A DNA stretch of 62,371 nt, the filler included. It is 3 parts of 3 records of this genome, joined end to end, with 100 filler letters (N's around TTAATTAATTAA, not from the genome) between each part and the next. Parts side by side here need not be neighbours in the genome. Positions count along the whole stretch, not along the records: positions 26,269 to 45,738 come from SRR20825006_2702; positions 45,839 to 62,371 come from SRR20825006_2704; 1 more part is not named here. One strand, written 5' to 3'. Made by a program: the position numbers and the translations under genes. Of the stretch, positions 40,143 through 49,800 are shown piece by piece; the stretch's first letter is position 1, and each line of letters begins with the position of its first letter. Below the pieces are notes generated by a model. The model worked only from the letters and a program-made list of their open reading frames with translations, did no database searches and had not been told where the DNA came from.

Positions 40143-40859
40143 CTATCCTTTTGTCCGCACGTCCAGCGCGCGGCGTGCAAGCGGTAGCGTGATCCGGCGT
40201 CCCTCTGCAAGCGACATGGCGTCGATGGTCTCAACCAGTGCCCGCGCTTCCGAAAACGATCGTTCCATGCGCCCGACCAGAAAGGCCAGCACCTCTTCAG
40301 CAACGAACAATTGCCGGTCGCGAAAGAGTTTGTCCATGATTCCCGAAATCAGGGCGTCATCGGGATCACTTATCGCGACAGCCGGCAGGGCCGCGAAACG
40401 GGATTTGACGTCCGCCGGGTGCAATTCCATCCGCGAAACCGGCGCCCGCGACAGAACCAGCAACGCCCCCCGCTGCTCCACGATCATGTTGTAGAGATGG
40501 AAGGCGGGGACACCCGGCAATGTCTCGTCAACATTATCCAGAACGGCATAGCGGGACTGGCGCAAAAATTCCGGCAGTTTCTCCACCGCCAGATCGGCGG
40601 GGCGCAACATAACCGCCCCGGATTTCCGGGCCCAGACCTCCGCCAGATGGCTTTTTCCAGAAGCTTCCGGGCCGTGCACATTGAGGCCCCAGGTCGAATC
40701 CGGCCAGGACGGCCAGGAATCAATCCAGGCCGTCGCCGCCTCGTTGCAGGCCGAGACGTGATATTCACCGCGATCGAAGGCTGGTCTGTGTTGCAGGGAC
40801 AAGGGAAGTTGCCCGCCCCCGCCGCCGATCAGCCGCGATCCCTTGTTCTCTTCACTCAT
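40143..40859 (-). CDS. hdaA: DnaA regulatory inactivator HdaA
   Basis: Clamp-binding QLPLSL; GPEASGKSHL; DVKSRF; RMERS. Confidence 0.9.
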   Translation of the reverse strand: MSEENKGSRLIGGGGGQLPLSLQHRPAFDRGEYHVSACNEAATAWIDSWPSWPDSTWGLNVHGPEASGKSHLAEVWARKSGAVMLRPADLAVEKLPEFLRQSRYAVLDNVDETLPGVPAFHLYNMIVEQRGALLVLSRAPVSRMELHPADVKSRFAALPAVAISDPDDALISGIMDKLFRDRQLFVAEEVLAFLVGRMERSFSEARALVETIDAMSLAEGRRITLPLARRALDVRTKG

Positions 40860-40880
40860 AAGATATCCGCCGGTTCGATC

Positions 40881-41969
40881 TCAGCGCACGCCATCATCCG
40901 TCTCATCATCCACCGGCGGGATGCCATGCAGATGGAGAGGACTGGCGAGATAGCGGGACAGGGCAAAACGGATCACCACGCCGATAACGGCGGCAACCGG
41001 AACAGCGATCAGCACACCAAGGAAACCAAACAATGTCCCCCCCGCCAGCAAGGCGAAGATCACCCAGACCGGATGCAACCCAACCGCCTCGCCAACCAGA
41101 TTTGGCGTCAGGAAATTACCCTCAATGGCCTGCCCGGCGACAAACACAGCCGCAACGATGGCGATCGGCGTCAGGGAATCGAACTGCATGGCGGCAAGCC
41201 CGATGCTCAATAGTCCGCCGAAGATCGACCCGACAAAGGGCACGAATGAGATAAGCCCGGAGAACAGGCCGATGATAACACCGAAATCCAACCCCGCGAG
41301 AGACAGCCCGACAGCGTAGAACACACCGAGGATGAGGCAGACCGACCCCTGCCCCCGCACGAAGGACGCCAGTGTTTCATCGATGATGCTGGCCTGTTCC
41401 CTGATCGTCTTCGCTTGCCCACGCGGCAGCCAGCCATCTATTGCAGCCACGATACGGTCCCAGTCCCGCAGCAGATAGAAGGCGACAATCGGGGTGATCA
41501 CCAAAAGCGACAGAAGATTGGCCAGGGCTGCGCCACCGCTCAGAAGCTGGCCCGCCACGGAAATAAGCCATTCACCGGCCTTCGCCGCGATGGCCGAGAA
41601 ATTAAGCTCTTCCGCGCCACCGTTGCCAAGCCAGGTCCGGGCCAGCCCCACAATAGGGTCCGCAAAGGCCAGGAGCCGTTCCAGATAACCAGGCAGCGAT
41701 TTGGCGAGCAAGACAGACTGGGCCTGAACCAATGGCACCAGCAGCAAAAGCGCCCCAATGCCCGCGCAGAAAAAGCCCAGCAAAACGACACTGGTCCCCA
41801 CCGTGCGGGACATGCCGGCCCGCTCACAACGGTCCACCATAGGATCGAGGAAATAGGCGATAGCCATGCCAGCCACGAAGGGGACGAGTACCCCCTTCAA
41901 CACAAAGAGCGCGACGATAACCGCGATCAGGAATACGATCCAGAAAGTCAGGCGTTCACGCTGCGTCAT
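40881..41969 (-). CDS. AI-2E (PerM) family transporter
   Basis: AYFLDP, FYLLRDW, FVRGQ, EGNFLTPNLVG..VGLHP; start may be 41981. Confidence 0.92.
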   Translation of the reverse strand: MTQRERLTFWIVFLIAVIVALFVLKGVLVPFVAGMAIAYFLDPMVDRCERAGMSRTVGTSVVLLGFFCAGIGALLLLVPLVQAQSVLLAKSLPGYLERLLAFADPIVGLARTWLGNGGAEELNFSAIAAKAGEWLISVAGQLLSGGAALANLLSLLVITPIVAFYLLRDWDRIVAAIDGWLPRGQAKTIREQASIIDETLASFVRGQGSVCLILGVFYAVGLSLAGLDFGVIIGLFSGLISFVPFVGSIFGGLLSIGLAAMQFDSLTPIAIVAAVFVAGQAIEGNFLTPNLVGEAVGLHPVWVIFALLAGGTLFGFLGVLIAVPVAAVIGVVIRFALSRYLASPLHLHGIPPVDDETDDGVR

Positions 41970-42020
41970 AGCGCGCCCCACCTCTGCTGCAGGTCACGGC
42001 AGGTCCGGCAAAACACATCA

Positions 42021-43295
42021 TCATTGCACCAGTGGCGGCAGCACCAGCGGTGCGGCGCTGGAAGGGGGAGATTGCAGAACCGGCGCGGGGGCCGGGCCGG
42101 GCATAGAAAGTGATTCCGGGCGGTATTGCTCCGGCAATTCCATGCCTTCCTTGTACAGAAGCCAGCCGTCCGGCATTTCCATCAGCACGAAGTCCTTTTG
42201 TTTCAGGGCCAGCGCCAACTGACCGGCGTCACCATTGATCCAGACATCGATCAAGGCTTCGTTCCGGGTCAGCCGCAGCAGCTCCCGCCGCGAAATGGAC
42301 GAGACCTGATCCAGGCCTTTGCGGATTTCCAGCCAATTCTCGAATGAGGTAATCGGGGCAATGACGGTGACCCGCGTTTCCAGCCCCGGGCTGATCAGGT
42401 TTTCCGCTTTCCAGGCTTCCTGAATCTCGGAAGCCGCCGTTCTTGCGGCAACGGAAAGCAGATCCCCGTCGGAACTGTCCGCGTCCGGCACAACCGTCCG
42501 CACAAGAGACCGGCCGTCCGAGATACCACCGACATAGGTAAGATTGAGCTCCATAGCCTGCCCTGACGATTCGCTCGCAACCGGCCGGGCATTCACGACA
42601 ACGGCCTGTTCCGCGCCATACCGGGCAGCGATTGTCTTGATAGCCTCATGATCAGCCAGAACAGCCTGAACCGCCGTGATATCGCGGATATCGGCAAGAT
42701 CCCCGTATGGCACGGCGATCGGCACGAGCCCGCCACCAAAAGGCCGGTCGAGCCAGGCCGACAGCCAGGGGCTCTCTTCTTCCCAGAGCAACGGCTTGTT
42801 GCCGTTATTATAGACGGGAAGGATCAACACCGGCTGGGATACGATCTCGGCATAATTAATGCCGACCCTTGTGAAATGCTGGCGCACCGCCGTCGGGTTG
42901 AAGCGAAAATTGAGCGAGCCGAGATACCGCACGTCCGAGGTCCGCTCGCGCGCGACTTCATAACCGACAGTCAGGCCGATCAACAGATCGTCCGATAGCG
43001 GCGGCAGCTTTCGGGCCTGATCGATCGGCACCAGACGTTCCACCAGACGTTCCCATGCCACACGCCGCCCGGCCTCGATTGCCTGGGCCTGGGCTTGCGC
43101 TGCCGTTGCCGCCTTGGCATCCACCGACACGCCGCGCACTTCGAAAATTTTATCCGAATCCGATTGAGCCAAGGCGCTATTGCCGGCAAATGCCAGCATC
43201 AGGAACAGAATCGCAAACAGTCCAAGGCGGCAGACGACGGGCCCGACGAACGTCCGTTTCGTGTCCCTCGCGCGGCTTTCAGCTCCATTATTCAT
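42021..43295 (-). CDS. DUF2066 domain exported protein
   Basis: Signal peptide ending ALA; FEVRGVSVD..A..A..A; VLILPV; LWE...W; GDLAD; usual position beside purM; start uncertain. Confidence 0.78.
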   Translation of the reverse strand: MNNGAESRARDTKRTFVGPVVCRLGLFAILFLMLAFAGNSALAQSDSDKIFEVRGVSVDAKAATAAQAQAQAIEAGRRVAWERLVERLVPIDQARKLPPLSDDLLIGLTVGYEVARERTSDVRYLGSLNFRFNPTAVRQHFTRVGINYAEIVSQPVLILPVYNNGNKPLLWEEESPWLSAWLDRPFGGGLVPIAVPYGDLADIRDITAVQAVLADHEAIKTIAARYGAEQAVVVNARPVASESSGQAMELNLTYVGGISDGRSLVRTVVPDADSSDGDLLSVAARTAASEIQEAWKAENLISPGLETRVTVIAPITSFENWLEIRKGLDQVSSISRRELLRLTRNEALIDVWINGDAGQLALALKQKDFVLMEMPDGWLLYKEGMELPEQYRPESLSMPGPAPAPVLQSPPSSAAPLVLPPLVQ

Positions 43296-43450
43296 CAGTA
43301 CGATCTTCCCTGAACTCTGTTGCCGACCGCCAAATACGCTTGCGGTCCACGCCCCTGCGTCATACACCCTGAACCGGGCAGAACAATGGCACTCACAATG
43401 GCACTGCGGACACTGCCCGCCCCTTATACCGGAAGGCTGAGGAGGAGACC

Positions 43451-44533
43451 ATATCAGCTCCCGATAGACCCAACCGCCCCCTTACCTACAAGGAAGCGGG
43501 CGTTGACATTGATGCGGCGGACCAGCTGATCGAATTCATCAAGCCCCTGACCAAGTCCACGGTCAGGCCGGGCGCCGATGGCGCCATTGGCGGCTTTGGT
43601 GGTGTCTTCGATCCGAAAGCCGCCGGTTTCAAGGATCCGGTTTTCGTCGCCGCGACCGATGGCGTCGGCACCAAGCTCCGCCTCGCGATCGATACCGGAA
43701 ACTATTCCGGCGTCGGCACGGATCTCGTTGCCATGTGCGTGAACGATCTGGTCGTGCAGGGCGCCGAGCCGCTGTTCTTCCTCGATTACTACGCCACCGG
43801 CAAGCTTGATGTCGAAGCGGCCCGCACCGTCGTTGCCGGGATCGCCGAAGGCTGCTGCCAGTCCGGAGCAGCCCTGATCGGTGGCGAGACCGCGGAAATG
43901 CCGGGCATGTATACGGACGGCGATTTCGATCTTGCCGGATTCGCCGTGGGCGCGGCCGAGCGCGAGAACCTGATTCTGGAGCCGCGTGCCGAAGCCGGCG
44001 ACGTGATTCTCGGTCTTGCCGCCTCTGGCGTGCATTCGAACGGCTTCTCTCTGGTCCGCCGGATCGTCGACCGCTCCGGTCTCGGCTGGAGTGATGATGC
44101 TCCTTTCGCCAAAGGCCAGAGCCTCGGCGACGCGCTGCTGACGCCGACGAAGATCTATGTGAAGTCCTGCCTTGCAGCCCTCGCAAGCGGTGGTGTTACA
44201 GGCCTCGCCCACATTACGGGCGGCGGTCTGCTGGACAATCCGCCGCGTTCCTTCGCCAAACATCTGGCCGCCGAGATCGATGTCGAGAGCTGGCCTCTCC
44301 CCCCGGTCTTCAAGTGGCTGGCCGAAACCGGCGGTGTGCCGGCGGAGGAGCTGGCCCGAACCTTTAACTGCGGCATCGGCATGACCCTGACCGTTTCGGC
44401 GGACCGGGTGGATGCCGTGACAGAGATCCTTGAAGAGGCTGGCGAAACCGTGTTCCGGATCGGCAAGCTGACCGACCGGGCCGAGGACGCACCGTCCGTC
44501 ACGCTGCAAGGGCTCGGGACCTGGCCCGCGTGA
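43451..44533 (+). CDS. purM: Phosphoribosylformylglycinamidine cyclo-ligase PurM (apparent ATA start)
   Basis: Frame continues upstream of the called ORF through [46 protein letters not shown]. Confidence 0.95.
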   Translation: MSAPDRPNRPLTYKEAGVDIDAADQLIEFIKPLTKSTVRPGADGAIGGFGGVFDPKAAGFKDPVFVAATDGVGTKLRLAIDTGNYSGVGTDLVAMCVNDLVVQGAEPLFFLDYYATGKLDVEAARTVVAGIAEGCCQSGAALIGGETAEMPGMYTDGDFDLAGFAVGAAERENLILEPRAEAGDVILGLAASGVHSNGFSLVRRIVDRSGLGWSDDAPFAKGQSLGDALLTPTKIYVKSCLAALASGGVTGLAHITGGGLLDNPPRSFAKHLAAEIDVESWPLPPVFKWLAETGGVPAEELARTFNCGIGMTLTVSADRVDAVTEILEEAGETVFRIGKLTDRAEDAPSVTLQGLGTWPA

Positions 44534-45198
44534 GCAGGGGAAAACTCAGGGTCGGCGTTCTGGTATCGGGCAGCGGCAGCAATCTGCAGGCGCTGATAGA
44601 TGCCTGCGCCGCCCCGGACCATCCTGCCGAAATCGTCACCGTGATATCGAACCGTCCGGACGTGCGTGCGCTGGACCGGGCAAAGGCGGCGGACATTCCG
44701 GCAGTAGTCTTCGATCACAAGAATTATCCGGATCGGGCCAGCTTCGATGCGGACATGCAGAAAGCGCTCGATGAAGCGGGCGTGGAATTCATCTGCCTTG
44801 CCGGCTTCATGCGGCTTCTGACGACCGCGTTCGTCGAGCACTGGCGCGGGCGGATGATCAATATCCACCCTTCTCTGCTGCCGTCCTTCAAGGGGCTTAA
44901 CGTGCAGCAGCGGGCAATCGACGCCGGAGCCAGGTTCGCTGGCTGCACGGTGCATTTCGTCACCCCGGAAATGGATGTCGGCCCGATCATCCAGCAGGCC
45001 GTGGTGCCGATCCACCAGGACGACACGGGCGACACGCTGGCCGCGCGGATATTGGTGCAGGAGCACCGGATCTATCCCGTCTGCCTGAGATGGGTGGCGG
45101 AAGGCCGGGTGCGGATCGAGGGAGAGCGGGTGTTCCTGGATGGTGCGACACCGCCGGATGCAGCCCTGCTCAACCCGTCACCGGAATATATGGACTGA
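44530..45198 (+). CDS. purN: Phosphoribosylglycinamide formyltransferase
   Basis: [35 protein letters not shown] overlap with purM. Confidence 0.97.
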   Translation: MSRGKLRVGVLVSGSGSNLQALIDACAAPDHPAEIVTVISNRPDVRALDRAKAADIPAVVFDHKNYPDRASFDADMQKALDEAGVEFICLAGFMRLLTTAFVEHWRGRMINIHPSLLPSFKGLNVQQRAIDAGARFAGCTVHFVTPEMDVGPIIQQAVVPIHQDDTGDTLAARILVQEHRIYPVCLRWVAEGRVRIEGERVFLDGATPPDAALLNPSPEYMD

Positions 45199-45294
45199 CG
45201 ATAGAGGCTTGGCGCCCCGCGCCGGCTGAATTATACAGTTCAACTTGAGTTATAAGCCGGGTCCAGACCGGCACGACATCCCTACGGAGGCGAT

Positions 45295-45432
45295 ATGGCT
45301 GCGAGCAACGGATCCACGGACAGCAATTATCCGGAATACAAGAGCAATTACGAGTGGTTCGCCAGCATGCTGAAATGGTCGACCATTGGTGTCGTCGTTC
45401 TGCTGATCCTGATGGCGATCTTCCTGGTCTGA
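45295..45432 (+). CDS. aa3-type cytochrome c oxidase subunit IV (45 aa, not in ORF track)
   Basis: GGAGG SD; MAASNGSTDSNYPEYKSNYEWFASMLKWSTIGVVVLLILMAIFLV fits the Y..F....KW...LL.MA.FL single-TM pattern. Confidence 0.8.
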   Translation: MAASNGSTDSNYPEYKSNYEWFASMLKWSTIGVVVLLILMAIFLV

Positions 45433-45483
45433 CCCCTCCTGGTCTGGCCGGGGGACAAGTCACACCAGCCGCAAGGCGGAATC

Positions 45484-45515
45484 AAAAAGGGCCGGTCAGA
45501 TGACCGGCCCTTTTT
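45484..45515. terminator. Bidirectional terminator
   Basis: AAAAAGGGCCGGTCA-ga-TGACCGGCCCTTTTT. Confidence 0.88.
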
Positions 45516-45533
45516 CTATTCGGCAGCAGTACT

Positions 45534-45738
45534 TCAGCCGACGATTTCGTTGCCGCTGAAGAACTGGGCGATCTCGATAGCGGCGGTTTCCGGAGCGTCG
45601 GAACCATGCACGGTGTTCTCACCGATGGACTTGGCATAGGCCTTCCGGATGGTGCCTTCGGCGGCTTCAGCCGGGTTGGTGGCGCCCATCACGTCGCGAT
45701 AGGTCGCAATGGCGTTTTCGCCTTCCAGGACCTGCACG
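45534..45738 (-). CDS. ndk: Nucleoside diphosphate kinase, 3' fragment
   Basis: MGATNP, GTIR, NTVHGSD, EIAQFF; cut by contig end. Confidence 0.95.
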
Positions 45739-45838
45739 NNNNNNNNNNNNNNNNNNNNNNNNNNNNNNNNNNNNNNNNNNNNTTAATTAATTAANNNNNN
45801 NNNNNNNNNNNNNNNNNNNNNNNNNNNNNNNNNNNNNN
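45739..45838. other. Artificial contig linker
   Basis: N-run, TTAATTAATTAA, N-run. Confidence 0.98.
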
Positions 45839-45862
45839 GTATACGACTAAATCAACAGGCTG

Positions 45863-46477
45863 CTAAACCTTCCGAAGCAGGTGCATGCCCTCGCGGCCCC
45901 GATAGGTCAGCAGCAGCGCACCAACCGAGCCTCGAGCGTCCACGACGGTTTCGAAGAATTCGTTTTCGCCAGGCCATGGGAATGCGAAGAAGAAGTCGAA
46001 GTCTTCGATCTCCAATCCGATTTCGTCGTAGATGTCACCTTCTTCGGTGTCGACGTTGCGAACCTCTCGAGCGATCTCGGACAACTCCTCGACGCCGCGT
46101 GGAACAAAGCTGCCGCAATGGATCTTTGCGTCGTTGTCGAGTGAGTCCGCGACCGCCTGGGCCGCTTCCACTAAACGTGGTTCGATCTCAATCCCGACGG
46201 CCTGCATCCCTCGCAGGGACGCCAGCATTGCACCGACCGCGAAACCGGCGCCGAGTTCACAAAAGCGGTTGCCTGCCAGCAAGTGGTTTTGCTCGATCCA
46301 CGTCATCGCTTGATCTAGCAAATGAAAATCGCAGGTGACAAAGTTTTCGATCACCGATTCGTCCGCCAACATGAACGCCTCGATCGCGTCGTTGGCCGAA
46401 TCAATCAGGTGCTCCGCCGAATCGTGGTACGGAAGAGTTTTGATTGAGTCCGGAATCTCAATTTGCTGCCACGCCAT
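45863..46477 (-). CDS. Class I SAM-dependent methyltransferase
   Basis: FCELGAGF motif I, GIEIE motif II, FFAFPWP; AGGAG SD before MAWQQ. Confidence 0.8.
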   Translation of the reverse strand: MAWQQIEIPDSIKTLPYHDSAEHLIDSANDAIEAFMLADESVIENFVTCDFHLLDQAMTWIEQNHLLAGNRFCELGAGFAVGAMLASLRGMQAVGIEIEPRLVEAAQAVADSLDNDAKIHCGSFVPRGVEELSEIAREVRNVDTEEGDIYDEIGLEIEDFDFFFAFPWPGENEFFETVVDARGSVGALLLTYRGREGMHLLRKV

Positions 46478-46508
46478 CCAGTCGCTCCTGATGCAAACTC
46501 GGTGAACT

Positions 46509-46745
46509 TCAAAGAGCTTGGATGCGTTGACCGTCATCGCTCAACGCGAACATTGGAGTTTCATGCCCCGCGACGACTTGGTGGACCTGTTCGACGGTGA
46601 TCGATTTCCCAGACGCGTTGGCGTTGGAGACCAATTCGTCAACCGAAGCGAAACCGTCGGCATCCAGATTCAAGCCGATGGATTGCGGCTCGTGCCGCAG
46701 GATGAAGGTCAGGTATTTGCTGATTCGCGTGAGTCGTTTGTTCAT
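46509..46745 (-). CDS. Stand-alone N-terminal lobe of Tpt1/KptA RNA 2'-phosphotransferase (78 aa)
   Basis: ISKYLTFILRHEP..IGL.LD.DGF...L motif; ends at RIQAL with no NAD-binding lobe. Confidence 0.8.
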   Translation of the reverse strand: MNKRLTRISKYLTFILRHEPQSIGLNLDADGFASVDELVSNANASGKSITVEQVHQVVAGHETPMFALSDDGQRIQAL

Positions 46746-46840
46746 TCCGCCCAGTCTAAACACCGGCGGCTTCTCCGTCGCCGGGTGATTGGTCAACGGA
46801 ATCACATTTCTGAGCAGACGATTTCGTCCGACATCCAGAA

Positions 46841-49800
46841 TCAGGCGGTTCCGCGAAGTTTCGCGGGGGTATCGCACAAATCGTTGTAGTGATGAGCGGT
46901 GCGTTCGACGGTGAATCGAATTTGCTCTTCGCTGTGTTCACTGGTGATGAAGAACCGCAATCTCGCGGCCGACTCATCCACCGCCGGATACAAAATCGGT
47001 TGGACGTTGATCCCGTCCTTCTTCAGCCGATTACTCAATCGAAGTGCGACGAGACTGTTTCCGGTGATCACGGGAACCACGGGAGTACCGCCACTGTCAC
47101 CGGTGTCCAAGCCCGCTTCACGGCTCAGATTCAGGAACAACTCGCTGTTGTGGCGAAGCCGCTCGACCCGTTGGGGCTCACGCTCCAACACTTCCAACGA
47201 AGCGATCGCGGCGGCTACTTGCCCAGGAGGCATGCCAACGCTGAACACGAATCCCGGAGCGGTGTATCGCAGCAACTCCACCAAGGCTTCACTGCCGGCG
47301 ATGTAGCCACCACAGGAGGAGGCGGATTTGCTGAGTGTGCCCATCCAAATATCGACATCGCGGGCGTCGAATCCGAAGTGTTCGGCGATCCCATGACCGG
47401 TCGCGCCCATGGTTCCAAAGCTGTGAGCTTCATCGACCATCAGCATCGCACGGTGACGTTTTTTGACCTCAACGAACTTCGGCACATCTGCGAAGTCGCC
47501 GTCCATGCTGTAGACACCTTCGATGATGATCAACGTTCGGCGGTATTGACCACGCAGCGCGGTCAGCATCTTGTCGAGAGCTTCGTAATCGTTGTGCGGG
47601 AAGGGACGACGTTTCGCGCCGGACAGCAACGCACCTTGAACGATGCTGTTGTGCGAAAGCGCGTCGTGCAGGATCAAGTCGCCGGGCCCGACAAGGTGTC
47701 CAATCGTCGTTTCATTGGTCGAGTGACCACCGACCATCGTGATGGAATTGTCGACTCCAACCCACTTCGCGATTTTGCGTTCGAGTTCACCGTGGATTGG
47801 CTTTTCACCGCTGACCAAACGACTGGCCGAAACACTGGTTCCGTATTTCGTGATCGCATCGGCGGCGGCTTTGGAAACCTCAGGATGCCCGCTCAAACCC
47901 AAGTAGTTGTAGCTGGCAAAGCTGATCAATGACTTGCCATCGACAATCGTTTTGTCGCCGACCACGCAATCGTGAACGGTAAAGTATGGATTGGGCACAC
48001 CGGTCAATTGCATCTGACGCATCGTCGATTTCAAACGTCGATACTCAGCGAACTGAGTCACGTCGTCTTCGGGTTCGACTTGAGGCGTTTGCATGACCCG
48101 AGCGAGCGGGCCTTCGCCGTCGGTGCTGGAGCGACCGTTCGCGTTTGTGTTGACAAGGTCGTCGTCACCGTCTCGCTGCGTGTCGCCTCGTCCGGCCAAG
48201 AACTGTTCGGCGCGACCGAGAGCTCCCGCAGGCAGATAGCGTTCGACCGCGGTTGCGATTTGGCCGATCGTTTCAATTTCATCCAGCACTTGTTCCGGGA
48301 ACCGACCGCCAAAGGTGCGTTCGAGGTTCCTGGCAATTTCCAAACGTTCCAGACTATCCAGCCCGAGATCCAAAACGATGTTGGTCTCCGGATTGATTGA
48401 TCCCGCTCGTTCACCCGCGATGGCTCGCACGTGCGACACGATTGCTTCAGCAACCACCGGATCAGCGACCGAATCCAAACCGCTCGCGTCCGAAGCCGCG
48501 GCAGCTTTCATCATCGTTTCGCCAGCCAAACCAGCGTTGTGCAACGAGGATTCTTCGCCGCGAATCCATTGGGCGATGACCTTCAGCTCTTTGTCTCGGA
48601 CGGCGTGCAAACACGCGTGTCGCTGGATCTTTCCGCTACTGGTTTTGGGGACGGAACTGTTGCGAACCAAGTAAATCGCATCGGGTGGAAGATCGTGTTC
48701 CTCGGTCACCGCACGACGAATCGATTGCAGGTGATCGTCCCAATCCAAGTCTCGTTTGCGGACGGTTTCCGCAACGATGATCAGCTTCTCACGACCGGTC
48801 TCGGTTTCGTCGCTGTCGGCATTCATTGCGAAGGCGGCAACGGAACCGGCTTGCACGACGTCGCTGGCGTGCTCCACCGTGGCTTCGATGTCCTGCGGAT
48901 AACGATTGACGCCGCGGACGATGATCATGTCCTTCAGGCGTCCGGACACATACAGCTGTCCGCCGTACAAGAAACCAAGGTCGCCGGTTCGCAAAAACGG
49001 CCCTTCTCCTTCGGACGTCATCGCGGCGAAGGTCTTGGCCGATTGTTCTCGGCGTTGCCAATAACCACGACCAACCGATGGACTCTGCACCCAAATTTCG
49101 CCGATTGCGTCGGAGGGCAACGTTTGGCGAGTGTCGGGATCGACGATCAACACGCGTTCGCCGGGAAGGACTCGGCCGCACCCGACCAATTCTCGAGTCG
49201 CTCGCGCGGAGGATGTTTTCGAGTCATCTTCATCGTCCGATTGTTTTGCCAAATCCACAGGCACATCAACGGCCGGACGAACGGCCTTTTCATCAAGTGC
49301 TGGCCCGTCAAATTGTTGCAGCACGGGACGAGGAGAGATCGGACCACCGGTGACGATCAGCGTCGTCTCGGCCATCCCGTAGCAAGGCAAATGCGAACTG
49401 TGGCGGAAACCATACTTTTCAAATCGCTTGCTGAACGCGTCGAGCGTCGACGAACGAACGGGCTCGGCTCCGTTGAAAGCAATCTCCCAAGACGACAGAT
49501 CGACGCCTTCGAGTTCTTCGTCGCGAATTTTGTCGACGCACAATTGGTAAGCGAAGTTGGGACCGCCGCTGATCGTAACTTGATGACGGGCGATCGTTTG
49601 CAACCAACGACTCGGTCGCTGAAGGAACGCCATCGGACTCATCAGAATGTTGTGGCGCCCGACGAACATCGGCATCAAGACACCGCCGACCAAACCCATG
49701 TCGTGGTAAGTCGGCAACCAAGACGCACCAATGATGGTCGACTCGGGTTCAAAGCCGTGCAGAATCAACTCACTGTTGGCGATCAAGTTGGCCTGAGTCA

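Noticed and set aside
43387-43414. TGGCAC motifs as sigma54 promoters for purM
   Set aside because: No GC at the -12 position for either copy
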